64,000 nt of DNA from Eledone cirrhosa. Lineage: Eukaryota. Positions 25,890 through 37,142 of the stretch are shown here, piece after piece. Both the position numbers and the translations under genes were made by a program. Where the stretch lies: positions 197,098,001 through 197,162,000 of the forward strand of contig OZ024743.1 of assembly GCA_964016885.1 (NCBI GenBank), read 5' to 3'. Below the pieces are notes generated by a model. The model had not been told where the DNA came from and ran no database searches. It was given only the letters and a program-made list of their open reading frames with translations. Numbering within the stretch: the stretch's first letter is position 1; each line of letters begins with the position of its first letter.

Positions 25890-26295
25890 TGTCATGATAA
25901 AATGCACCCCGCCTGGAAAGAGTTAGAGCTAATGCCATAATAAAATGCACTCAGTCAACTCTGTAAAGAGTTAGAGCTTGTGCCATGATAAAATGCATGC
26001 AGTCTCCTCTGTACAGAGTTAGAGCTAGCGCCAAGATAAAATACAAGCAGTCTCCTCTGTAAAATGATCGTCCTGTTATCATGATAAAATACATCCAGTA
26101 CATACTGTATTGTGGTTGGCAATAGGAAGGACATTCAGTCATAGAAACCATGCCAAAATGGAGCATATGAGCAGGCCATGGTCATCTAACTTGTCTAGTC
26201 CCAACACATCCAACACATGCTTGCATGGAAAATGGACGTAAAGCGACAATGATGAATGATGATGATGATGATGATGACGATGACAATGATGATGA
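25890..26295 (+). mobile_element. SINE/LINE 3'-domain copy with five ~48-bp subunits and a long (GAT)n tail
   Basis: Repeated CATGATAAAATGCA...CTGTAAAGAG units, AGGAAGGACATTCAG core and GCATGGAAAATGGACGTAAA tail. Confidence 0.75.
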
Positions 26296-26618
26296 TTAAC
26301 AGTCTAGAGAAGGTAGAAAGAAACTTGTTCTAAGTCAGTTGTAATACAAGAAACAAAACAGTGATAGTCAGCAGAATATATATATAAAGAGAGAGGGGAG
26401 GGAAATCATATTTCCTGAAACTTATCTTGTTTATTTCTTTATTCTTATAATTATTTTATTTCAAAAGCCTCTGTCATATATTTTGGTCAGGTGTTGATGT
26501 TGGTGAACATTTGTGGAAAAAAAGTGGGGGATTTGCAGCACAAACCAAAAGCAGGGGTTTTAACACCCATCCCTCACCTTCACCACTATCAACACTCAAG
26601 AATGATTTATTTCAAATA

Positions 26619-26818
26619 GATGATGATGGTGGTGATGATGATAATGGTGGTGGTGGTGGTGGTAATGGTGATGATGATAATGGTGATGGTGATAATGATG
26701 ATGGTGGTGGTGGTAATGGTGATGATGATAATGGTGATGATGGTGATAATGATGATGATGGTGGTGGTAATGATGGTGATGATGATGATGATAATGGTGA
26801 TGGTGATAATGATGATGA
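26619..26818. repeat. (GAT)/(GGT)/(AAT) trinucleotide repeat
   Basis: Direct reading. Source of the poly-His, poly-Asp/Gly and poly-Met ORFs. Confidence 0.95.
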
Positions 26819-27279
26819 AGTGTAAAAGAAAGAATGAGCATATAAGTGAAAGAAAGGTTATGCTTAGCAATTTATTATATGCTATGCTCACAACTTGTTG
26901 TACCCTAGCAAATGATCTAACAATCTGGAGTAGGGACTGAGGGGAAAGAGAAAGGAATGATGATGATGAGGAGGGGGAAGTTAGGAAGAAGGGGAAAATG
27001 CAGTGGAGGAAGAGGCAGAGGAAAAGATGAGGAGAATGAACAGCTTCTTAGTGCAAACCACATGACCACCCCTTGTTTCAACTGAAAACAGAAAGAGAAA
27101 TGGTTAATAAGAAAGAGGAGACTAGACTGAAAGTAAGGTCATGTCAGTTTATTAAAAGAATAAACTAGATGCACCCAAAGACTCTATGTTTTACTTTTAG
27201 TGGGTGACATGTGATAATGTCCAGCTTCATGAATTAATTGGATAGAGTCATCGATGTGGGGGTGTGGGTGACATTTTAA

Positions 27280-27509
27280 CCCTTTTGATACTAACGCAGC
27301 TCTGCTTCTATGAAACAAAGCTCCTCATTTTAAAGGATTCCTATTCAAATTAAAATCTTCCAACATAATTTTAAATAAGATATGTTAAGTAACTATCTTA
27401 GAAATTAAATAATTAATAATTTTAGTAAATCCCTCAAAATTCTTTATTAATTAATTAATTGATTAATTGAAATAGAGTGTATTTCATTAAAAATATGGTT
27501 GCAATAGGG
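27280..27509 (+). mobile_element. piggyBac-type MITE, family 2, followed by a partial tandem copy to ~27801
   Basis: TTAA-CCCTTTTGATAC ... AATAGGG-TTAA. Confidence 0.75.
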
Positions 27510-27615
27510 TTAAATTAAAATCTTCCAATATAATCTTAACAACTCCGTCAAAAGAACCAGATGTTAATTTACTAATTTAGAAACAAAATAATTAACAATT
27601 TTTATAAATCCCTCC

Positions 27616-27740
27616 ATCATCATCATCATCATTTTACGTCCGCTCTTCCCTGCTCGCAAGGGTGGGACGGGTCTTATTCAGCACAGCATCTCTCCACTCA
27701 TCACGGTCCTTCGTCATCTCCACCGTGAGCTTCAACGATC
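27616..27740 (-). mobile_element. Short 5'-truncated RTE LINE 3' end
   Basis: Minus strand reads SLKLTVEMTKDRDEWRDAVLNKTRPTLASREERT*, running directly into a (GAT)n tail. Confidence 0.85.
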
Positions 27741-28130
27741 TTGTTCTTTAATAATTGATTGAAACAGAGTATATTTCATAAGAAATATGGTTACAAAAGA
27801 GTTAAATATTATGGTTGCCTAGCTGCCATTAGGAACATTTGTTGGTCACTTGGCCATTTCAGAAATGATCACCACAGGTATAGTAGGAAAGAGGCATAAA
27901 AAGAATATAAGTATTGAATAACTGAATAATTAAAACCATTAGCAGGAATGACATGCTTCATAAGAACTTTGCAATCCCTTTTAAAATAAAACCCAACTTA
28001 TTTTAGTTTTGCAATGAAAAACAAAGAAAAGGAAAGAAAAGAAATTTTTTAAAATATCATACCAGATGTCTAAAGAGATCTATTAAATACCATGACAATA
28101 TCAAACAGTTTGGTATCAATTAAAGTTGTC

Positions 28131-28563
28131 ATATCCAGCCAGAATTCCCTTGCCTCTTTCTGTTTAAACTGGCCATAACTGGCCATAACTGGCCGCTCAT
28201 ACATACGTTAACCCTTTACTGTTCAAACCGGCCAACACTGGCTAAAATATTCTACATCTTTCTGTTGAAACTGGCTGTAACCGGTCGCTCAAACTGATGT
28301 TAAGGTATTGTTTTCAAAATAAATACTTTCAAAATCTCATAGATTCGATATTATGTGAGATAATTATACAAGGTAAAGCCTTTACCATGAAAATATAATA
28401 GTATATATAGATTAATGTGAATACTAAATGGTTAAGGTATTGTTCTCAATATAAATATCATCAAAATCTCATAGATTCAATATTATGTTAGATAATTATG
28501 TGGCATAAAGTGTTTAACATGTAAATACAATAGTAAATGTAGAGTAAGGTAAATACTAAAGGG
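28131..28563 (-). mobile_element. Nested pair of piggyBac-type family 1 MITEs (inner copy 28212-28431)
   Basis: The inner copy is flanked by TTAA at 28208-28211 and 28432-28435. This is the internal GTTAAGGTATTG site of the outer copy. Confidence 0.85.
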
Positions 28564-28696
28564 TTAAGACATGGTTTTCTTTCTTTTCGCACATAGAATT
28601 TCTCAATCTAGAAAATGACCTAATGAATTAATGAAATATCTATCAGGTATAAACTATATTTCCAAATAACTCAATGGAATACAAAAGTAAAAAGAA

Positions 28697-28735
<39 letters not shown>

Positions 28736-28899
28736 GTATTTCCGTCGGAAAGGTACAGGAAAAAAGAGTGCTCTATGTAGGCTACAGAGCTTATTAGTTA
28801 TGTAATGTTATATATATATATATATATAAATATATAAATGTGTATATGTATATATGTATATAAATATATATAAATGTGTATATGCATATACATATATAT

Positions 28900-31800
28900 C
28901 ATCATCATCATCACCGTTTTACGCCCGTTCTTCCACGCTAGCATGGGTTAGACGGGTTGTCCTGTTGTGGGCAGTGTCTGGTCGGCTGACCATGCCTTGC
29001 TCATACAGGAACTGATCTGGCTTGGTTTCTACAGCTGGATGCCCTTCCTAACACCAACCTCATTTACAGTGAGTGCTGGGTGCTTTTTCGTGGCGCCTAC
29101 ACGTCCACTTTACAGTGTGGGCTGGGTGCTTTTTTGCCGTGGCACCTCCACGACCACCTTGCGGTGGGGGGAGTGGGGGCATATTGTTTATATGCTTCAG
29201 CATGTACCCATGGGAGGTCGGGTACCCTGTATTACTGCGTGACGCCAGAAGTCACGGTCATGTGTCATTGTCTTTGAGAGGTGTAGTTAGGTAAGGTCGG
29301 CTTTTATCACCTCATCCCAAGTCATCTTGGGTCTCCCCACTCCGCGGTTTCCATCAACTTCTAGTGCTCTGCACCTTTTTATGCAGCTGTCATCCTTCAT
29401 ACGCATCACATGTCCATACCAGCGTAACCGCCTCTCCTGCACGCAGCATTTGATTCCTCTTATGCTCAGTCTCTCTCTCAATTCCTTTATGCTTTGTCGT
29501 TCACGTATATTACTGTTACACATCCATCGGAGCATGCAGGCTTCGTTTCTCTCTAATCTACGTAAGTCTTCCACCTTCAGCGCCCAGGTCTCACTACCAT
29601 GCAACATCGCTGTTCGGATACACGCATCATACAGTCTGCCTTTCATTCTGAGGGAGAAGCCTTTTGCAGCTAGCAGTGGTAGTAGTTCCCTAAACTTCTT
29701 CCATCCCGTTCTTACCCTAGTTATTGTACTTTCTGAGCACCCACCTCCGTTGCTAATTCGGTCACCTAGGTAGCAGAAGCTGTCTACTGTTTCTACAGGG
29801 CCCTCTCAGAGATTGGTGGTACTTGTTTCCTGTGGCTGTTTGCTTGCTGTTTCAGCACAGCTGCTGCATGTGAATCCTACATTCTTAATTAAGCTTCCTG
29901 AGATCCCGCTACATCTCTTGTGTACCCATTGTTTGCATTTGGGGCAGAGAATGGAGTTCCTACCTACACCTTTCCTACATACTGAGCAAGGCCATTTCCC
30001 TGAGGGGATCTGGGTTCTGTTTTCTCGTCTACTTACAAGGACCTTAGTCTTTGTCATGTTGACTTTGAGGCCCTTTCTCTCTAGTCCCTGCTTCCAGGTT
30101 TGGAATTTATTCTCTAGTTCTACCATAGATTCAGCTATGAGTGCGAGGTCATCAGCATACAGGAGTTCCCATGGGCATCCGGTCTTAAACTCCTCCGTTA
30201 TTGCCTGCAGGACTATGATGAACAGGAGAGGGCTAAGAACAGAGCCCTGGTGGACCCCAACCTGTACGCTAAATTCCTCGCTATACTCATTGCTAATCCT
30301 AACTTTGCTGACTGCTCCCCTATACATGGCTTGTACCGCTTTCACAAGCCATTCATCTACTCCTAGTTCTCTAAGAGCCCACCAGATTACTGCACGTGGA
30401 ACTCTGTCAAAGGCTTTCTCAAGGTCGACAAATGCCAAGTAGAGTGGCTTACTTTTAGCTAGGTACTTTTCCTGTAATTGCCTCACAAGGAAGAGGGCAT
30501 CAGTGGTGCCTCTCCCTGGTACAAACCCAAATTGCATCTCGTCTATATTCACCCGGTCCCTAATCAGCTGTGCTATAACTCTTTCTGTTACTTTCATGAC
30601 CTGGTCCATCAACTTTATACCTCTATAGTTTCCTCTATCTAGTGCATCGCCTTTACCTTTGTAGCAGTTGACAATGATGCTACTGCACCAATCTTTTGGT
30701 ATGGCCCCTTCTAGTATTACCTGGTTAACGATACGTGTGGTTATAGTGTGACCTACAGACCCAGATGCCTTCAGCATCTCGGCAGCTATACCCGATGGAC
30801 CGGTTGCCTTCCCCATCTTCATATTTCTGATTGCCTTACTTACTACGCTGCCGCTGACTTGTACTGCTGGTCCCTCTATAGGGTCTACATGGGGTAGGGT
30901 CTCTTCTTCCCATGCATTCTCCTCATTTAGTAATCTATCATAATGACTCTTCCATGCATCTTTCTTCTCAGCACTTGTGAGGGCAAGCTCACCTTTATCA
31001 TTCCGGATACACTTCTCTCCAATGACATCACAACTATCTCTGACACACTGCCTCGCAATCTTGAATACCTCCTGTTTCTGGTCCTCACGTTGTAAAACAT
31101 GCTTGAATTTTCTATCCTCTGCTTCCCTCCTAGCTAAGTATACTTGTCGCCTAGCTTCCCTCTTGGTCTCTATGTAATGTACCCTGCTCCCCCCGTTCTT
31201 CCATTCTTTCCATGCCTGTCTCTTGGCCTTGACTGCTTCATCTACCTTATTGTTCCACCACCAAGTCACTCTCCTCCTGCTTGAGGTCTTACTCCAGCCA
31301 CAAACCTCATCCGTCGCCTCTAGTAAGTTATTTTTTAGGAACTCCCAGTTCTCTTCTACGTTAAATGTCTCTATCTGTTCTTCTTTACTGTCGTAGGCAT
31401 TGAGTAAAATATCTTTAAATCTGTTACTGGTTGAGGGGACTTTCAGCTTCCAGATCTTTCTTCTCCAGGTTGGCCTCTGTTTCCGGGTTCGTCTAGTTCT
31501 GACCGTGAGGTCGCTGACAACTAAGCTATGTTGGGATGTACATTCCTCACTAGGGAAGGCTTTTGTGTTTACGACCGTTCATCTGTCACGTCCTCTGATG
31601 AGGATAAAATCTAACTGACTAGAGTGCTCCCCTGATCTATAGGTGATCAGGTGGTTGTCGGGTTTTTTAAAGTTTGTGTTACATATTGACATGTCATTGG
31701 TGTCGCAGAATTCTAGAAGTCTGAATCCTTCTTCATTCCTTGTGCCAACTCCATGGCCTCCATGTACTCTATTGAAGCCGTCGCAGTGTTTACCTACGTG

Positions 31801-32442
31801 TCCGTTAAAATCTCCTGCAATGATTAGGAAGTCCTTGTCGTCTGTTAGAGCAGTAGTGTATATTAGGGACTCGTAAAACCTATCCTTAAGTTCGTCTGGC
31901 AGCCCCGATTGGGGTGCGTAAGCTGATATTATTGTGGTAATTGTCTTATTCAGGACTAGTCTGAGTTTAATGATTCTTGCATTTACCCTGTACACTGAGA
32001 TTACTTTATCTACCCACTTGTCAGCTAATAGTATACCTACACCACCCATCCCATCGTCATTTCCCACCCAGAAAAATTTGTAGCACTGGCTTTTTCCTAC
32101 AAGGACTCTAGCAGACCCTCCTCTCCATCTAGTCTCTTGCACACAGCATACATCAACTTCCTTTCGCTCTAGCATTTCTACGATTTCTCCTGCTCTTCCT
32201 TTCATTGAGCCTACATTGATGGTACCAACTCGGAGTTTTGGGCATTTGTCGACACTCGTAGGGGAGGGTCTCTGGGTTGGCGCTTCACGTGGGTGCTTGG
32301 TAGCTCGCAGATTCATATTTCATCTATTGATTCAGAGTTGCTCAAATGTATTCTCAGCTCATCCATCCATAACGGTGGGAAAATTGAGGGCTAGAAGAAC
32401 AGTGGTGGTGGGGTAATGGCAGGGTGTGTTGGGATGCGCAAT
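28900..32442 (-). mobile_element. Apparently full-length RTE-clade LINE (~3.5 kb)
   Basis: Single ORF encoding an APE endonuclease and reverse transcriptase, a short 5' UTR, a ~290-nt 3' UTR ending in (GAT)n, and a ~20-bp flanking duplication ATATATATCATCATCATCAT at 28892-28911 and 32443-32462. Confidence 0.95.
29197..32316 (-). pseudogene. RTE LINE ORF (APE endonuclease + RT + PHD-like finger), 1040 codons with three in-frame stops
   Basis: Motifs VQETRW, SAYAPQ, GDFNGH, QLDFIL (APE) and FVDLEKAFDRV, GVHQGSVLSPLLF, LYADD (RT). The three track ORFs share one frame, broken only by TGA 31579-31581, TGA 29806-29808 and TAA 29287-29289. Confidence 0.93.
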
Positions 32443-32668
32443 ATATATATCATCATCATCATATATATATATATCAAGTAAGTATGTTTTGAAACAGCGA
32501 GCAAGTTTGAAATTAGAAAATAGAAGCTTTCACCGTATTTTTTCACTAAAGAAATTTTAGCCTGATAGTGGGGTTTAGAACCCTCAGAGATATGGAAAAA
32601 GATGAGTATTGACGTACATGTCATACTTGCTAAGAATGTAGCTTCTAATTTGAATGAAGGAGATGGAT

Positions 32669-32739
32669 GATGTGTTGGTGTAATGGTAGCACAGTGGTCT
32701 GGATAACCAAAGATGTGGGTTCGACTCCCATGTACGTCA
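32669..32739 (+). ncRNA. tRNA-like unit (Gln-like D arm), probably a repeat-associated pseudo-tRNA
   Basis: 71 nt. Acceptor GATGTGT/GTACGTC, A box TGGTGTAATGG, D stem GTGT/GCAC, anticodon stem TGGT/ACCA with loop CTGGATA, T arm GTGGG-TTCGACT-CCCAT, and TTTTT about 10 nt downstream. Confidence 0.6.
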
Positions 32740-32851
32740 ATACTCATCTTTTTCCATTTCTCTAGGGGTTCTAAACCCCACTATCAGGCTAACATTTTGG
32801 AGAGGTTCAATAAAATATTTTAACTTTGTATTGGGATATATTATTCTAGTG

Positions 32852-32994
32852 TTCTTTTTCTTCTTCTTTGCCCAATTATTCCCGAGAGGGTCGTGGGGGC
32901 AGAGTCCTCAAACACTCCTTCCAGCGGGTCCTGTCAGAAGCAACCGTCTGCAACTGATCCAGCTGGATCTCCAAGCAAGACCATCCAAGCTCAT
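32852..32994 (-). mobile_element. 3' end of an RTE (Rex3/Expander-like) LINE
   Basis: Minus strand reads ELGWSCLEIQLDQLQTVASDRTRWKECLRTLPPRPSRE*, followed by an (AAG)n tail. Confidence 0.75.
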
Positions 32995-34063
32995 AAATGA
33001 GGATGAAGAGGTTTTGAGAGAGGTGAGTTATATGTCCAGCAAGTTGAGAAGAACAGAGACTATTTTAGTAAGGGTAAAAAAGATGGTGAAAGGACACAGA
33101 TGATGTAGAAGCTAAGCTATCCATTCATTGCATCAGAAGAACTAGAAGTTAACCAGTTGCTCTTCAATCTGAGAATTAAAGTACAGCCTGTCAGATTAAG
33201 ACTGTAAAAATAGCAGTAAACATAAGTATGAAATGAAATTCAGCTATGAACCACAACAGAGATTTAACTTAACTCGACTGAAATACTATACAAAATAGAA
33301 AAATTATAGATATATTTTGTCTCTGGAGTGAAATATACTTTATGTAATGAAATCAAAGGTAAAAGAAGAAAAATGCATCCGGATATTTATTAGTGAAATT
33401 AATATGAAAAGTAAACAAACTGAATTTGAAGAGAAATATTAAGCTCTTTGAAGCCAACAGATAATTTCTATGAGTGAACAGCAAAATGGTGGTTAACACC
33501 AGTAATAAATATGATTAAATGATATTTGTTCAATAAATTATTAATACAAACAGGAAAGAAAAAAAGAAAGAAAGAAAGAATAAAGGATTAGAAGTATTTC
33601 CCTGAAACTATCCAAGAAGGAAAATATGTTTCTCTAACTTCCAAAAGATATTTTGTAGAATATCTTAAGAAATTTTTAAAATTTCAAAAATGACCAACCA
33701 TCTTGTTCTACATTGAGATGTTGTGTTAAGAGAGAGAGAAACATTTCACTTCTCTACAGTAAAACATCAATTTGTCAAGTTGTCAAAGAACATTAAAGAG
33801 ATTTGAGGAAAAATTTAAATATTGAATATATTTGAAGGCTGATAGAATGAATTTGTTTAACTTGTGTTTTGTGAGAGAATTTGTGTGTATTTTCTCTGAT
33901 TATATAAATCTAAATTTACACAAGTTTACCAAACACCAACAATCCAAATGTAGTTTTTTGGATTTTGTTTTGTTTTTGTTTTAATTATTTCCTGTTATTA
34001 TGTATGACAGCATAAGATAACAGCAATTCTTCTGATTTCCAAACAGTGACAAATTAGAATTTA

Positions 34064-34134
<71 letters not shown>

Positions 34135-34142
34135 GCAGCAGC

Positions 34143-34187
<45 letters not shown>

Positions 34188-34208
34188 ACAACAACAATAA
34201 TAATAATT
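34064..34208. repeat. (CAA)n microsatellite
   Basis: Direct reading of the sequence. Confidence 0.97.
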
Positions 34209-34504
34209 ATATAAAAAATAAACAACAACCTTTGAAAACCTGTCAACGTTAACACACCATTATATACTTAAAACATGAATGAAAAAAAAAATATACATAT
34301 ATAAATAACAGTTTGATATTAAAATATCAACCCATAGTCTTCTTTTCTATTCTTTTTTTTTTTTAATCAATAGATATTGATAAAAGGAAAATTGCACAAT
34401 ATTAAGTTTCGGGCAATTATGTATTTATCTATTTATGTATATATTTTGTAGATATCTGCATATTGAAAGTCACAAACTCACACATATATTTGCATATTTT
34501 TATT

Positions 34505-34820
34505 CATGTACATGTGATGTATGTGAATGTGTGTGTATGAATGTGTGTGTATGTGAATGTATGTTAATGTGTGTGCATGTATGTATGTATGTGTGTATAT
34601 ATATGTGAATGTGTGTGTATGTGAATGTGTGTGTATCTGAATGAGTGAGTGCGTGTGTGTATGTGAATGTGTGTGTTTGTTTGAGTGTGAATGCATGTGA
34701 ATGTGTGTGTGAGAATGTGTGTGTGTGTGAATGTGTGTATATGTGAGTGTGTGAGTGTGAGTGTGTATGTGAAAATCTATGTGAATATGTGTGTGTGCGT
34801 ATGTGAATGTGAGTGTGTAT
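34505..34820. repeat. (TG)n / GTGAAT degenerate microsatellite
   Basis: Direct reading of the sequence. Confidence 0.9.
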
Positions 34821-34999
34821 TTACAGGATAAAGAGTGAAACAGAGAAAGAAAGAAAATGGATATATATATATATACGGGATGTCAATTATCTTAAAAAGA
34901 ATATTTTAATGTGTGCTGTTTCAATGAGACTGAGTTGAATGTATTTTTGTTGAAAAAATAATCTACAGACTGTCAAACTATCATTCTAGTTAGTAAGTC

Positions 35000-35370
35000 A
35001 GTCATGATAAGGTGGTGATGGTGATGATGATGGTCATGGGTATTTTCATGGTAGTGGTGGTGGTGATGATGGTAATGGTCGAGATGATATTGGCGATGGT
35101 GATGATGATGATCATCATGATGGTGGTGATGTGTGGCTGTTGTTGTTGTTGGTGATAATGGCAATGGTGGAGGTGATATTGGTGATGGTGATGATGATGA
35201 TCATGATGGTGGTCATGTGTGGCTGTTGTTGGTGATGATGTGGTTTTTGTTGGTGTTGATGGAGGAAATGGTGGTGGTGGTGGTAGTGGTGGTGAGGTGT
35301 ATTTTCATGGTAGTGGTGGTGATAATGTGTGACTGTTGTTGTTGGTGGTGATGATGATGATGATTTGATA
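35000..35370. repeat. (GGT)/(GAT) degenerate trinucleotide repeat
   Basis: Direct reading of the sequence. Confidence 0.9.
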
Positions 35371-36519
35371 GTGACCAAAACTTAAGAATGTTATAAAAAA
35401 AAAATTATAGAGATATGATATGATAAATTACTTTATTAAAAAAAAATATCATTATTATTATTATTATTATTATTAATAACAATAATAATGACAATAATAA
35501 TCACCCAAGGCTACTACAACTACATACATTATTATCTAGATATTAATTCTCTTAGACTCTTATCATACTCTTTTAATCTGTACCTGGCTCTCTGTTTTAA
35601 TAACCCGACAGTTTATAATATATCCTGTTGTTGTTTATTAATGTCTTGTACTCCTCTGACACAGCTGCAATATCTGTTTTTATCAGAACTCCAACAGTCT
35701 AAAATCTGATATTGAAATCTAATCCAAAATCAATGAAGGTTGTTATCTTCCATATTTCTCTAATTATTCTTTAGTCATATTCATTTACACCCATTCAACA
35801 GTTCTTCTTTCAGCCTCTCTTCATCATAAATATGTTAAAATTTCACTTTCGTTTTCTTTACATATATTTATATATTTTCTTTTCCGAGTGGCTAGGAGAG
35901 TGAATACAGGAAGACATGCTTCACCTCCACCCCACCCCAAGCATCTACACCCACATTTTAAAAAAAAATTCTAATAATCTTTGTTCACCAGCTTTGAACC
36001 AGACTAAGAAAGTTATCTATTTACATCAAGAATCTTCTTTTTATCTTTATAGTAAACCATGTCCAGGTTTTTGCCTCCTCTTTTTTTTTCATTTTTCTTT
36101 TGGTGAATTTTTTTTTCCCCACTCATATTTTTCAGTTCTATTTATTCTCTTTGCTCTTGTCTCTTTAGATCTTAACAAATTCTTCCCTAAAGAAACTCAA
36201 GAGATAAGAACTAAAGCATACTTATAATAAATACTACTGTCTACCTATATCCACAACTGCCACCACTAACACCATCACTAGTACTCTCTAGTTTCCAGCT
36301 TGTGCTACTACTGCCAAATCCAACTCTTGCGAAAGTGTTCAGATCAAGCTGAAGGCATCCAAGAGAGTTATTGGAAATCATCATATTTTATCAATATTTA
36401 TTTATTTAAGAAGATATTTACATCGATATCAATTGAGATATGAACCATTCAGTCCCTTTTCTAAAGGCTAATACTTTCACTAAGACAATGTTACTGTTTT
36501 ATACTGGCAATAAATAAAC

Positions 36520-36686
36520 ACAACACTGTAAATGTGGTTGGTGTTAGGAAGGGCATCCAGCCATAGAAAACTTGCCAGAAACAGTTCTGTATGAGCGAGA
36601 CAGTCTCTCGACCAATCTTGCCTCAAGTGGGACAAAACCGTCCAACCCATGCTAGTGTGGAAGATGGATGTTAAACGATGATGATG
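36520..36686 (+). mobile_element. SINE/LINE 3'-domain copy
   Basis: GGTTGGTGTTAGGAAGGGCATCCAGCC core and CCAACCCATGCTAGTGTGGAAGATGGATGTTAAACGATGATG tail. Confidence 0.85.
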
Positions 36687-37142
36687 GTATATATATATAA
36701 CATACACAGACTACTAATTTCCTTATTTTATTTTTATTCTTCATATCAATGCAGCCTTAAGTAAGGCTTTTAAAACTCAACCAACCCATATATAATTAAA
36801 ATAATTTCTAGATTAATATTTTTAATACCAACCCACAAGAAACTGCCACCATTGAAGTGTTCAAATTTAAATTCAAATATTTAATTGAAATCTAATTATT
36901 AAATGACAATTAATATAAGATATCAGTAATTAATTAATTAATTTTTTTTTTTTTAATTATTAAGTTGAAAGTTGATTATTCCACATAACCTCTCATAATT
37001 CCTGATTATTTTGACTATTAATACACAAGGGCAGTATATTCTTGTTAGAAATACTGTCACACACAGATTAAGAGGAATTATCATGACATATTACCTACAT
37101 GTATGTAAATGTACAATATATATATATATATACATATACATA

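Noticed and set aside
26511-26940. Poly-His, Asp/Gly and Met/Val ORFs
   Set aside because: Translations of a trinucleotide microsatellite.
32669-32739. Functional tRNA-Ser(GGA) gene
   Set aside because: No long variable arm, several G-U pairs in the acceptor stem, a mismatch in the anticodon stem and U at position 37; reported as tRNA-like only.
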